A DNA stretch of 64,000 nucleotides from Eledone cirrhosa (taxonomy: Eukaryota): assembly GCA_964016885.1 (NCBI GenBank), contig CAXHJY010000715.1, positions 1 through 64,000 of the forward strand. The letters are read 5' to 3'. Position numbers and translations under genes: made by a program. Below, one piece after another: positions 40,964-54,900 of the stretch (the first letter of the stretch is position 1; every line of letters begins with the position of its first letter). The notes beneath the pieces were generated by a model. It searched no databases and had not been told where the DNA came from. It saw only the letters and a list, made by a program, of their open reading frames with translations.

Positions 40964-42159
40964 CTATATATATATATATATATAATAAACTTTCAATTTA
41001 AATTGCTGTCTTGTAGTCAGCATATATCATCCCAGTTCTTTCAGCTAATCTTTTTAACTTTTTCACAACTAACTTCGTTTATTTCTCAACACATTCAACC
41101 CTGGAATACTTCTTTACATAACCAGCGATATTTAGTACATTCCTTTACTTAGTTCTTTTCCGTTCTTTTACGCGTTTTTAGGTTTTTCCTCTCTTTCTTT
41201 CTAGCTATTCCCACTCTAGGTTTGTTTTCTCGTATTGTATTACGAATTATCATCGTTTTGCTTGTTATTTTATATATATTTTATATTTTTCTGTTTGTTT
41301 TTTCTCGCTCTCTCTTCTCTCGGTGCTTACCTTAGCAAGATTCATCCAGATTCTATCTCTCATCTCTCTCTCTCTCATTCTACATCTCCTCTCTCTAACT
41401 CTAGACCTCTCTCTCTCTCTCTCTCTCTCACTCTACACCTCCTCTCTCTCACTCTAGACCTCTCTCTCTCACTCTACACCCCCTCTCTCTCACTCTAGAC
41501 CTCTCTCTCTCTCACTCTACACCCCCTCTCTCTCACCCTAGACCTCTCTCTCTCTCACTCTACACCCCTCTCTCTCACTCTAGACCTCCCTCTCTCATCT
41601 GTAACTCATTCCCCTGCAACAAGGGGAGTATTTTGTACTTTAGACTAAATATTGAAATAACCTCATTTGTTTTGTTGATTTTTCGCCGACAGGAAATAAT
41701 ATATAACAACAACAACAAACAAAACCTAAAATACCTTTACATTGTTTCTCCTTTTCTTTCTTTTATTTTTTTTTCTTCATTTTTTCTTTATTTATTTAAT
41801 TTCGCTCTCGTTTTTTTTTATTTTATAACATTTTATTTTATTTCATATTATTTCATCTATTATTATTGTTGTTGTTGTTGTCCTGTCTTTTTTTTTTTTT
41901 TTTTTTTGCGTTCCTAAAAATACAATAAGCTGAAAATATAACCTGTTGTTGACCCCCAACAATGATGAGGGCAGGAAAGGGCAGGAGGTGTCTAGACACG
42001 TAGATTGGGGACCAGTTCACATAAAAACTGTTACGTCCACCATTTTGTTCACAGTTTTATTAATGCATTTCTAGATCTTTTATTTATTGTTTTAGAAACG
42101 CTTTTAGCTGTTTCATTTTTGTGTGTGATTTGAGTGTGTGTTTATGTGATTCCTGTGAG

Positions 42160-42260
<101 letters not shown>

Positions 42261-42514
42261 TGTGCGCCCGTCTGTGTGTGTGTCTTTTGTGTTTGTGTCT
42301 CATGTGTGTGTTTGTCTGTCTGTGTGTGGTTTCTCTCTGCATATGTGTGTGTGTATATATGTGTGAGTGTGTGTGTGTGTGTGCGCGCGTCCGTCTCTGT
42401 GTGTGTCTACCTGAGGTTCTGTATATGTTGTAACAGTAATGGAGGGGAAAGTTGCCTGAAAATTATTTTTATCATTTTATATGTTATTCAATGTTTTATA
42501 TAATTCTCTGATAT

Positions 42515-44460
42515 TCACATACACAAACACACATACACACACATATACACACATACACAAACACACATACACACACATACATACACACACATACACAAAC
42601 ACACATACATACACACATACATATACACACATACCCAAACACACATACACACACATATACACACATACACAAACACACATACAGACACATACATACACAT
42701 ACATATACACACACATATACACACATACACAAATACACATATACACACATAGACACATACATACACAGATATATACACACATACACACACATATACAGAC
42801 ACAGACACCTAGACTCACGGATACACAGATACATATATACAATAACACATAGACATATTGACACACATGTATACAGATACAGACTTAGACACACACGCAT
42901 ACACCTCAACAGAGACACCTAGACACACAAACACACACACCTACACACAGACACAGAGACACAGACACACAAAGACTCACATACACAGACACACACAGAC
43001 ACACAGACACACAGACACACAGATACACAGATACAGACACACAGACTCACAGATACACAGACACACAGACTCACACAGACTCACACAGACACACAGACTC
43101 ACACAGACACACAGACACACAGACACACAGATACACAGATACAGACACACAGACTCACAGATACACAGACACACAGACTCACACAGACTCACACAGACAC
43201 ACAGACACACAGACTCACACAGACACACACAGACACACAGATACAGACACACAGACTCACACAGACACACACAGACACACAGATACACAGACACACAGAC
43301 ACACAGACACACAGACACACACAGACACACAGACACACAGACACACAGACACACAGACTCACACAGACTCACACAGACACACAGACACACACAGACACAC
43401 AGACACACAGACTCACACAGACACACACAGACACACAGATACACAGACACACAGACACACAGACACACACAGACACACAGACACACAGACACACAGACAC
43501 ACAGACACACAGACACACAGATACAGACACACAGACTCACACAGACACACACAGACACACAGATACACAGACACACAGACACACAGATACACAGACACAC
43601 AGACACACAGATACACAGACACACAGACACACAGACACACAGACTCACAGATACAAAGACTCACACACACAGACTCACAGATATACAGACACACAGACAC
43701 ACAGACACACACAGACATACAGACACATAGACACACAGACTCACAGACACAGACATATAGACTCACAGACACACACAGACACACAGACACACAGACACAC
43801 ACAGACACACAGACACAAAGTCACACAGATACACAGATACAGACACACAGACTCACACAGACACACACAGACACACAGACACACAGACATACAGACACAC
43901 AGACACAAAGTCACACAGATACACAGATACAGACACACAGACACACAGACACACAGACTCACACAGACACACACAGACACACAGACACATAGACACACAG
44001 ACATACAGACACACAGATACACAGACACACAGACATACAGACACACAGACACACAGACACACAGACACACAGACACACAGACATACAGACACACAGACAC
44101 ACAGACACACAGATACACAGACACACAGACACAAAGTCACACAGATACACAGATACAGACACACAGACTCACAGACTTACAGACACACAGACTCACACAG
44201 ACACACACAGACACACATACACACATACACACAGACACACAGACACACAGTCACACAAAGACACAGACTCACAGACACACACAGACGCACACTCACAGAT
44301 ACATAGACACACAGACACACAGACACAAAGACTCACAGACACAGACAAAGACTCACAGACACACAGGCACACAGACACACAGATACACAAACACACAGAC
44401 ACACAGACACAACGACACACAGACACACATACACACAGACACAGACACACACAGACATAC
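42515..44460. repeat. ~2-kb CA-based cryptic satellite (acacagac and variants)
   Basis: Direct reading; source of the THRHTD/CVSVCL ORFs. Confidence 0.95.
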
Positions 44461-44609
44461 GCTATATAGATGTGTGTGTATATGTGTGTGTGTATAATAT
44501 GAGTGTCTATTGGGACTTAGAATGTGTTAACATTAAATGGCTGACAACAGCCACTCTGGTGCATTGTGCAGAGTTTATACATAAATATAATATATATATA
44601 TATATATAA

Positions 44610-44715
<106 letters not shown>

Positions 44716-44931
44716 AGGGAGTGTAACTTGGAGTTACTGTAGGTTCACCGGGGTGAGCACTCGGTGTTTAGGTTCACTTCAGTGTCGAGGTGTAGAGCTA
44801 TACAGAGTGTATTATAGTGAAAAGATAACAAGGACGATTGGTTACTCCTTCATTACATACTCCTTCATATATATATATACACATATATACACATATATAT
44901 ATATATATGCACATACATACATACATGCATA

Positions 44932-46336
44932 CATGATGGCTCTCTCTCGCACGCACACACACACACACACGATAACAATTAACAGTATTGAGATCGAATG
45001 TGGCTTTTTAGCCCAGCCAATGATCTAAAATGTCTTGCACAGAGTTGGCAACCAAAACTTTCACTGGGAATAGCCGGCTGTGGTTGAAGTTCATGTACTT
45101 TTGCATGTCGTTTGAGCCCTCCTGCTGATTTACATTCTCTACCACATGTTTGGCAAGCATGATGAGTAGCATCTCCAACAGCAGCCTGGTAGTCAACCAC
45201 TGGTCTTACTTTATGACTGCGAAGATGACTTTCGAGTCCAGCTTTGCTGAGGCAGAGTCTCGCTCAGACGCTGCATGTCAGCGCTATAGGAGGACCTTCG
45301 CTGTCTGGAAATGACCTTCCTCAGATCTCTCTTTACTTTCACGTATGCGATTCGAGATGCCTCAAAGGCAACTTTCCCCTCATGTACAGTCTTTCTCCGT
45401 TTATTACGATCAGCAGCAACATTTTCCCTTGTATCAGCAGAGATGTTAGCGTCTTTCAAAGAGGCTTTCAGCTAATCCTTTTACCTCTTTTTTTGGTTTA
45501 TGTGGAGGTCGTTTTCCTTTAACTAACTCTCCATAAAAGAGTTGTTTTGGTATTCTAGAATCCTTAATCCTGGCAAGGTGACCACTCCAGTGGAGTCTTT
45601 GCTTAAGCACAAGAGCTTCTATACAGTCACACAGAGAGATTTCCAAAATCTCGACACCACTGATGTGGTCCCTCCAGTAAACGCCATGGATCCGTCTGAG
45701 ACACATCTGATGGAAACGCTCCAGTTGTTTAAGTTGGTGTCGATATGTGACCCAGGTCTCGCAGGCATAAAGTAGAGAAGAGAGCACACATGCCTTGTAC
45801 ACCTTTACCTTTGTCTTCTTGCACATGTCTCGCCGACCCCAGAGGCGCCTTTCTAGCTTTCCGAAAGCATCATTTGCTTTCCTAATCCTGAGTGGAATTT
45901 CATTATCAAGGTTGCTGTATCGATTGACAGTGCTTCCCAGGTAGAGAAACTGATTAACCACTCCAAGTCGTTTACCATACACATAGATATTTGGCTCACT
46001 GTACTGCTTACCAGGGGCAGGCTGGTACATGACGACGGTTTTCTTGAGACTGACAGTCAATCCTAGAGCAGTACAAGCATCAGAAAATGCATTCAAAATG
46101 TGCTGCATATCACTCTCTGTGTGAGCTATAAGATCGCAATCATCTGCATACAAGAGGCCTCTTATGATTGATGTAAATATTTTTATTTTTGTTGCAAAGC
46201 GCCTGATGTTAAATATGCTGCCTGAGGTTCGATATTGGTTGAAACAGAGGGATATTCCAGCACCGAACCTGTTTGTTATATACTTTGCAATGGATTTTTA
46301 TATTGCATTCAGGAATTGCGAGCATGGTGTTTACAT
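44932..46336 (-). mobile_element. Zinc-finger RTE LINE with 5' inversion
   Basis: 44932-46238 (minus) matches the 23295-24850 copy. 46239-46336 is the immediately upstream RT segment (LKQRDIPAPNLF...FRNCEHGVY) on the plus strand. Confidence 0.9.
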
Positions 46337-46353
46337 GCATACATATATACATA

Positions 46354-46660
46354 CAACACAACTAGTTATGAAATTACAAGTACAATCCATTAATGGAACA
46401 GTAAAAATATGTAAAACATTCCAAAAATTCTGCATCTAATAACTGCATATACACTTGTACAGATACAAAGCATATACACACACACATATAACTCAAAACA
46501 TACACATTCACACATACAATAACATCCATATCTGCACACACATGCATACATATCTACCTAGTTGATGTTGTTTATATTCCAATGGGAGTCTTGTATCTAT
46601 GTTAGAAAGCGACTTTCTCTCTGCTGGTAAAAATTTATAAAAATATATAACCAGAAGAAC
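46354..46660 (+). mobile_element. R4/Dong-like family B, short 3' fragment
   Basis: TQLVMKLQVQSINGTVKICKTFQKFCI* plus 3' UTR ending ccagaagaac; (ACAT)n on both sides. Confidence 0.88.
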
Positions 46661-47116
46661 GTACATACATTCATACATAGATACATAAATACATACATAC
46701 ATAAATACATTCATACATATATACATACACACATACATACATACATACATACATACATACATACATACATACATACATACATACATACATACATACATAC
46801 ATACTGACAAACATACACAGTCAGATATACACACACACCGCAGTTATAACCAAATCAGACAAGACAGAACAATATACAACGAGGGTGATCTTTAACATCT
46901 ATTAGTTGTTTACTTGAACCCTCAACTCTTCCTCTCCTTACTATTGCCTTCCTATGACTTTACTCTGCTTCAATAGTCCCACTGATCCTGTCTCATACGC
47001 AATTCATTATTTATTCTCTCCCTTTTTACCGCTCTCTAGAGAAATATATATTTCTTGTTCCCACTCTGCCAATCTTTTATGCAGCCATTCATTTATTTAT
47101 CTATTATCTATTCCAT

Positions 47117-47212
<96 letters not shown>

Positions 47213-47340
47213 TACATATATATAACCTGATTAGTTCTTTCGTTGTGTTTGGTATTGTATGGTTGGGTTTTGCCTACCGCAATTTTCAATTTGTCAAACT
47301 TTTTAAACGTAATGTTATTTACTAAGTTTCCACTTGTATA

Positions 47341-48229
47341 TCTATATATATAAAACTGTGGTTGTCTGTCTGTCTATCGATTTTTGGCACACATCTCCTC
47401 TTAGAATCTCTCACGGAATTGCACCGAAATTGCTATACTTGTACATTGAGCCCTAGCGAAGACATCGGAAAAAAAAAATTTCAAATTGACCCACCCTATG
47501 TGACGAAATCGAATATAATGTATCGATTTTTGAGCGTAAGTTATCAGTTATTTCCCTTTGTTCTGTTTACATTGAGCGTCTTACGTAAAAAATTACGCTA
47601 GCTTTCTCAGCGTTTAAAATGACATTAACACAATACACGAAGCTTCCGTTTTGCTTCATTTCCATTTAAAAGCATTTTAAAACAATATTTTTACTTGAAA
47701 ACAAGTCTATTTAAAGACTACGTAAAACAAGCAAATATTTCGTCGTTAGGCGTGCAGACAGACAGTCGTGCAGACAGATAGTCGTGCAGAGAGGTGATAT
47801 ACGCGTGCAGACAGATAGTCGTGCAGAGAGGTGATATAGGCGTGCAGACAGACAGTCGTGCAGAGAGGTGATATAGGCGTGCAGACAGTCGTGCAGAGAG
47901 GTGATATAGGCGTGCAGACAGACATAACTGATAATTTGGTTACGCTAATGTTTTTCTCTGCGTTGCAGTGTTTACATTTTCGATCTTTGTTAATAAATAA
48001 CCAGTGCAGTTTCTATCCCCAGCATCCTCTTTTGTTATAACATTCGGGTTATCGTTATGTTTTCTTAACTTCATAAGGCATATTGTTGGTTGAGGGAATA
48101 TTAATCAAAAACACCACATGCAAGTCTGCACAGTAGACACTACAGTTTTTAAGCCAAGAAAGAAACTTAACATTGTAACTTTAACACAGCTACTGAGCGA
48201 CCCCGAGCAACGCCGGGCTTTACTGCTAG
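47341..48229 (+). mobile_element. Non-autonomous Helitron, copy 1
   Basis: Starts TC after A, (GTCT)n near the 5' end, subterminal hairpin cccg..cggg, ends CTAG; internal 36-bp minisatellite. Confidence 0.85.
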
Positions 48230-49241
48230 TCTATATATATAAAACTGAGGTTGTCTGTCTGTCTATCGATTTTTGGCACACATCTCCTCTTAGAATCTCT
48301 CACGGAATTGCACCGAAATTGCTATACTTGTACATTGAGCCCTAGCGAAGACATCGGAAAAATAACATTTCAAATTGACCCGCCCTATCTGACGAAATCG
48401 AATATAATGTATCGATTTTTGAGCGTAAGTGATCAGTTATTTCCCTTTGTTCTGTTTACATTCAGCGTAGCGTCTTACGTTCTCTTTACATTCCTGCAAA
48501 ATTCATCAGTTCGAACACTAAGCTTCCGTTTTGCTTCATTTCCATTTAAAAGCCTTTTAAAACAATATTTTTACTTGAAAACAAGTCTATTTAAAGACTA
48601 CGTAAAACAAGCAAATATTTCGTAAAAAAAAGCAAAAATTATATAAGTTTATTTAAAATATATGTATCTGTAAATTTTGTTAGGCGTGCAGACAGACAGT
48701 CGTGCAGACAGACAGTCGTGCAGAGAGGTGATATAAGCGTGCAGACAGACAGTCGTGCAGAGAGGTGATATAGGCGTGCAGACAGACAGTCGTGCAGAGA
48801 GGTGATATAGGCGTGCAGACAGACAGTCGTGCAGAGAGTTGATATAGGCGTGCAGACAGATAGTCGTGCAGAGAGGTGATATAGGCGTGCAGACAGACAG
48901 TCGTGCAGAGAGGTGATATAGGCGTGCAGACAGACATAACTGATAATTTGGTTACGCTAATGTTTTTCTCTGCGTTGCAGTGTTTACATTTTCGATCTTT
49001 GTTAATAAATAACCAGTGCAGTTTTTATCCCCAGCATCCTCTTTTGTTATAACATTCGGGTTATCGTTATGTTTTCTTAACTTCATAAGGCATATTGTTG
49101 GTTGAGGGAATATTAATCAAAAACACCACATGCAAGTCTGCACAGTAGACACTACAGTTTTTAAGCCAAAAAAGAAACTTAACATTGTAACTTTAACACA
49201 GCTACTGAGCGACCCCGAGCAACGCCGGGCTTTACTGCTAG
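48230..49241 (+). mobile_element. Non-autonomous Helitron, copy 2 (head-to-tail with copy 1)
   Basis: Junction CTAG|TC at 48229/48230; ends CTAG followed by T. Confidence 0.85.
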
Positions 49242-49292
<51 letters not shown>

Positions 49293-49296
<4 letters not shown>

Positions 49297-49481
49297 AAGG
49301 GAATGTGGTAAGGAACCAGATGGACCATAACGCACCAGAGTACTCAATACTTAGGGTAGTAGAGTGGGAAATAGGAAAAAGTATAACCCCGACGGCAGAG
49401 CTCAAGCCGTTTCGGCGGCTATTTCTGGACGATTCCAGAAATAGCCGTCGAAACGACTTGAGCTCAGCCGTCGGGGTCATA

Positions 49482-49486
<5 letters not shown>
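49293..49486 (-). mobile_element. Second copy of the fold-back pLTR-like fragment
   Basis: Homologous to 21231-21424; hairpin 49377-49486; GAAA-cggc..gccg-TC on the minus strand. Confidence 0.7.
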
Positions 49487-49518
<32 letters not shown>

Positions 49519-49534
49519 TAAAATAACAGATTAA

Positions 49535-49581
49535 AGTTTAAGCAAAGAATCGCTGCTTTCACCCTTAACGGGATCTTCTGA

Positions 49582-49585
<4 letters not shown>
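49535..49585 (-). ncRNA. Hammerhead-like motif with CAGAAGA core (copy 2)
   Basis: Identical to 2376-2426. Confidence 0.55.
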
Positions 49586-49651
<66 letters not shown>

Positions 49652-49709
49652 CTATCTATCCATTTTTATCTATCCATATCTATACATTTATCTATCTCAC
49701 TTTCCATCC

Positions 49710-49781
<72 letters not shown>

Positions 49782-50010
49782 CTCTCTCTATCAGTCGTGT
49801 GTCACTTCGCGGAGAAGTTTCCGTTAATTTATGTAAGAAAAAAAACGTGAGTTTTTAGTTCAATTTTATATCATTGTGTAACTTGACCACCCGTCTGGAC
49901 CTTCAGGTGGTGGGTCAACTCATTTTCGCCCCTTCAGGGGCGGAATATCCATTTAAAAAATTTTTCTCCATCGAATCTTGGAAAAAATATTGTAAAATTT
50001 TGATTACGTT

Positions 50011-51928
50011 ATGAACGCTGCGTCCAACGATAATGGTGGTGGAGAGGCGGTAAGACTACAAAGCTCGCAGTCAACAACGTCTTCTTCACTAGATACTATA
50101 GAGATGGAAAGACAAAATGAAAATAAAAAAACGAATTCACATCCAAACAACACAAATGACACCAAACAGCTCAATGACAACAAAAATAACAGCAAAACCA
50201 ATAATGATGATAAAAGCAACAATGATAACAACAACAAAGAAAAAAATAAAGACAACGCCAATAACACCAGCATCAAAGACAACAACAACACCAAGGAAAA
50301 TACGGATGATACCAACATCGGTGACAACAAGAATAACAACAACAATAACAACAATAATGACAACACCACCAATACGGATTCCACAAAGAAACCAAAAATC
50401 TCCTTTGCGGAGAAAGTTCAAAAGAAAGAACAATTGATATATCTCGACATAACAAATGCTGAACACCTTTTAAAGGACGCTAAGAGATATGTCACCTTCG
50501 AAAAAAAATGGTGCTTTCAGCATCAATTCTCCGGTAGAAATTCGCAAGGAAACTGCTCTCAAAACGATAGTTTTTAGGACAGTTTCCAATTCTACCCGAA
50601 AACCAGTCCAATTGTCACAGAAAGATATTGAACTGGTTTTCAAAGATTCAATGAATGATATTGCATTCATTCAAAGAAGCAAACTTTTTGGGAGTATTTC
50701 GGTACTGATGAAGGATCAATTGACGGCTCAAAATTACTCTGTGTCGCCAATTGTATCCAACCTGTACACCTTTTTCCCTACATACATGGGAAAAAGGACA
50801 CAAAAGATCAGAATCACAAGTGTCACACCAAAGGTGAACATATGGTGGATACTGTGCGGCTTCATCAATTTTGATGAAGACAGAATACTGTCAGTAGGCA
50901 AGTCCCCCAGAGATGTATTCAATGGGACTAGCATTGAAGTTCTGGTGCAAATGAGCCCAGAGCGAATAGCTATGATCCCACAGCGTGTACTCCTGGACGG
51001 ACTTACCTACATAAACCTTTCGGTTGAGGGTAGGCGGCCTTCATGTTACCATTGCTTTAGCAGGGGTCACCTGAGGGCTTCCTGTCCTAAACTAATGAAC
51101 CAAAAAAAGGCTCTTCTGCCGACACCCATCAAAACAACACAACCACCAACACCACCACTACAACAACAACACCAACACACAAAAATAACCACAACAAACA
51201 CAGTCCCACCCAACCTCACTCCACCTAAAACCACTGCAAAATCACATACAGACACAACAGCTCCCCAAGACATACCCCTCCCCAATCACACAGACGATAC
51301 AACAGATGAGGCTATCTCGCCATCACCCAGTGAAGACGAGGGAGAACCCCATCGCTCGAAAAGAAAGAAAAGACATCACAAAAGCAAAAAACCAGCAAAC
51401 ACTACCACAAACATACAACCACCAACACAAACAACAAAAATATCACAAACAAAACCCCCACCTCCTGAAAACAAAATACCTACAACAAAACGAAAGCACA
51501 CACAAGAACTACAGACAAAAACAAACACAACACAAGAAAATTACACTTACACTTACATAAACACTGAAAACAAAACACTAATGGAGACCATTACGAACGA
51601 CCCTTCGGTTTTCACCGAAGGGAAAACTTTCGCCCACTCTATAAAAAATAGCAAAAAAATGAACCTAAAACTGATTAGGGTCCCTATACAAACTTATAGG
51701 TCCCTAAAAGAAACATTTGAGAAGGATGTGGGGAATTCCTGCGTGAAACCACTCAACCGCGTCCTTCTCAAATGCCTCCCCACCCCAGACACCCCCATCC
51801 CACCAGACCCCACCCCACCAAACATCTGCGTCCCCACCCCGCCGGAAACCACCACCCATCCAGACAACCCCTCCAACACCCCCATGGAAATCGTGCGGCC
51901 TGGTCCCCAGGAGGCGAAGGGTGAGTGA
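50011..51928 (+). CDS. Tx1 ORF1 (zinc knuckle CYHCFSRGHLRASC), split by one extra A in the A8 run at 50501-50508
   Basis: ORFs 50011-50577 and 50489-51928 join as ...VTFEKNGAF... if one A is removed; SFAEKV motif near the N-terminus. Confidence 0.75.
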
Positions 51929-51961
51929 TCTCTTTTCTTCTTTTAACTTTTCAGCACCAAC

Positions 51962-54900
51962 ATGGCCAATATAAGAGTTGGATGTGTGAACGTACGCGGC
52001 CTGGGGATGCCCTGGAAACAGGGCAAACTCTTAAACGACCTCAGGTCGCACAGTTTGGATGTGGTAGCCATTTGCGAGTCCAGGATCCACGGCGAGCGAC
52101 AGCTGGCCCCCATCTTCGATGACTTTGAGATCTACGCATCTCTCTGTCAACCGGGGGGTGGGGGCGGTGTTGCCGTTTTGCTGCGGAAACACCTGGGCCT
52201 CGTAACACAGACGGTTCATCTGGACCCGGAGGGTCGACTGGTGGTCCTAGACGTTGACGGTAGTGAAGGTGGAGCGTTCAGGCTGGTGGCCGCATATGCC
52301 CCATCCGGGACACCGCGGCCAGACTTCTTCAAACGTCTAGAGACTTTTCTGGGAACGTCCCGCTCCTTGCTTTTAGTGGGGGACTGGAATGGAATCCTAG
52401 ATGCACGTTGGGACTATGTGGGAGCATGTCCCGATAAAGGGGGGTGTAACAGCCTCAAACAGTTAATCGACCGATTTGACCTGGCCGATAGATATCGACT
52501 AGATTTTCCGACTGCGCCACTGTGGACGTGGAGTAATCGTAGCGGAACATCTAGATCGTACCTAGATAGGGTTCTAGTTAGAAATAAGGATAGGGACATG
52601 TTAAGCTGTCCACAAATGTTCATGGTTGCCTATTCAGATCACAAACTAGTGACCTGCATGGCCAACCTTGATAGAACCCATAGACAAGGACCCGGCTACT
52701 GGAAGCTGAACTTGTCGTTACCGACAAGCAAAGCCTACAGTAGACGGATTAGCACTTTAGTTAAACAGCACTTGACAGGGGCCATTGTCAACAACAGATG
52801 GTGGTACTCTCTCAAGAGGGCAGTTAGATTAGACTCGATAGTTTTTAGTAAAGAATTAGCGTTAGATAGAAATAGAACCGAGAAGGAACTGGTAGATAAA
52901 GTAGAAGAGGCTATTAGAAGTGGCAACGTAGCCAGCGTGCTAGCAACGAGAACGGCCTTGGACCAGTTCTTCGACGCAAAGCACGAGGGCTGCGTTGTCA
53001 GAAGCAAAATACGTGCTCTGGGAAACGAGGGAGCCAAAGCTGTTAGCTGGGCCCGAGTGACGGAGGCAAAAAGTGGCAACAAGTCCACGATTCGGTCTTT
53101 GAAGGACCAAAACGGACGCGTGATACGTGAGCCGAAGCAGATGTGTGCGGCTTTTCAGCGGCACTTTGCTCGGCTGTTCGGGGGGAGCGGCGCGCCGGGA
53201 GAGGCTATGGATTTCGGTCCATACCTCGACGGCCTACCGCGACTCTCGGACAGCGAGGCGAAGTTCTGCGAAAAGCCGATTTCAGCCACTGAGATAGGGG
53301 ACGCGCTGAGCCAATGCGGCAAACGCAAATCTCCAGGTCTCGACGGTCTACCCTACGAATTTTACGTAGCAATGCCGGACTTATTCTCCGGTCTCCTGGA
53401 AGCGGTCTACTGCAACTGGCAACAGAACGGGAGAATTCCCAGTTCTGTAACCGGGGGCGTGGTCACACTAATCAGGAAGGACGAGAATAAGGGGGATGAC
53501 ATAGGCAACTTCCGGCCCATAACTCTGCTAAACACAGAGTTACAGATTTTGGCCAAGGTGTTGGCAAAGAGGCTGGCGCTTGTCGTCGAGAACCTGGTGG
53601 GAGAAGCGCAGACATGCGCGATCCCGACCAGGTCCATACACGACAACCTCCACCTCATGCGATACATCATAGAGAGGGTAGGGTGTAAACCCGGCTTCGG
53701 TGGGGCCCTGATCAACTTGGATCAGTCTAAGGCTTTCGATAGGGTTGACCATCGTTACCTGGATGCGGTGCTCGAGGCGGCAGGCTTCGGACCCGTGTTC
53801 AGGAGCTGGATTGCTGCAATGCACAACAGCAACATCTGCTCAAGGGTCAAGGTGAACGGTTACCTCTCGGAGCCGTTCCATATTACGCGATCCATTCGAC
53901 AGGGATGCCCTCTCTCCTCCCTTCTGTACGTACTGACTCTCGAGCCACTACTGCGGAAGCTGGAGCTATTGCAGGGCATCCCTCTGGAACCGGGACTGCG
54001 GAAAGCGGCGTCGGCCTACGCCGACGACGTGACAGTAATGGTGTCGAGCGCCTCGCAAATCGAGGAAGTCGGCACCTTACTAAAGGAATACGAAAGTCTC
54101 ACAGGAGCGAAGCTGAACCGGGACAAGTCCATCGGTTTGCAACTCGGATCGTGGAGAGGCAGACCGATGCCTTCCGATGGCGTCGTCGGACGCTGGACGG
54201 AAGGACCGGTAAAGCTGCTCGGGGTCTGGTTTGGTCCGGACCTCCAGGTGGAGAAGAACTGGAACGAAGTGACGGCCAAGGTGTTTGCACTCACCCAGAA
54301 GTGGGCCGAGTGCAAACTATCCTTGAAAGGTCGAGCGGAGGTGGCGAACACTTTTATAGCGTCCGCCATCTACTACCGCTTGACCGTCGTGCCTTGTCCA
54401 GCCAAAACGCTCGCCAAAATGGAGCGCGCCCTCTTCCGATTCCTTTGGAAGAGGCGGGCTCCTTTGGTAAGAAGATCCATCTGCTGCCAACACCCTTCTA
54501 ACGGAGGGCTGGGGATGCCGTGGTTGACGATGCGCAAACACGCGCTCAGGCTGCGGCATCTCTACGTATTCCTCACCGGACAACCGGTGTGGGCCCCGTT
54601 CGTGAGGCGAGCCTTCCCACGACTCGTCTCGCTGACCGAGCTGCAGTCCTGGGTCAAGCAGAGACCGAGGAAAATGGGCGACTGGCACATCGAATGTGCT
54701 CAGGCGCTCACAGCCCTCTGGCAGGCGGACCCGGCGATCAGTGGAGACTCCACTTCGTCATTCTATAGAGGGTTGGTCCGCAGCAAGTGCGACGACGCGC
54801 TCGGTGAAACTCTAGGCGTGGAGGAAGATGAACTGGCCAGTCTGTTCGGTAGGACCTTCCGCCCGGGACCGATGGACAACTTCCAAAAGTCCCTGGCCTG

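Noticed and set aside
47745-48935. 36-bp repeats of CRISPR-like length
   Set aside because: Units are contiguous with no unique spacers, lie inside Helitrons, have no cas genes nearby and are in a eukaryotic context.
50495-50512. Programmed frameshift in Tx1 ORF1
   Set aside because: It would need a +1 shift at an A8 run; a homopolymer indel (mutation or sequencing error) is simpler.
51921-51954. GT-AG mini-intron fusing ORF1 to ORF2
   Set aside because: It is only 34 nt, and its removal puts ORF2 out of frame.
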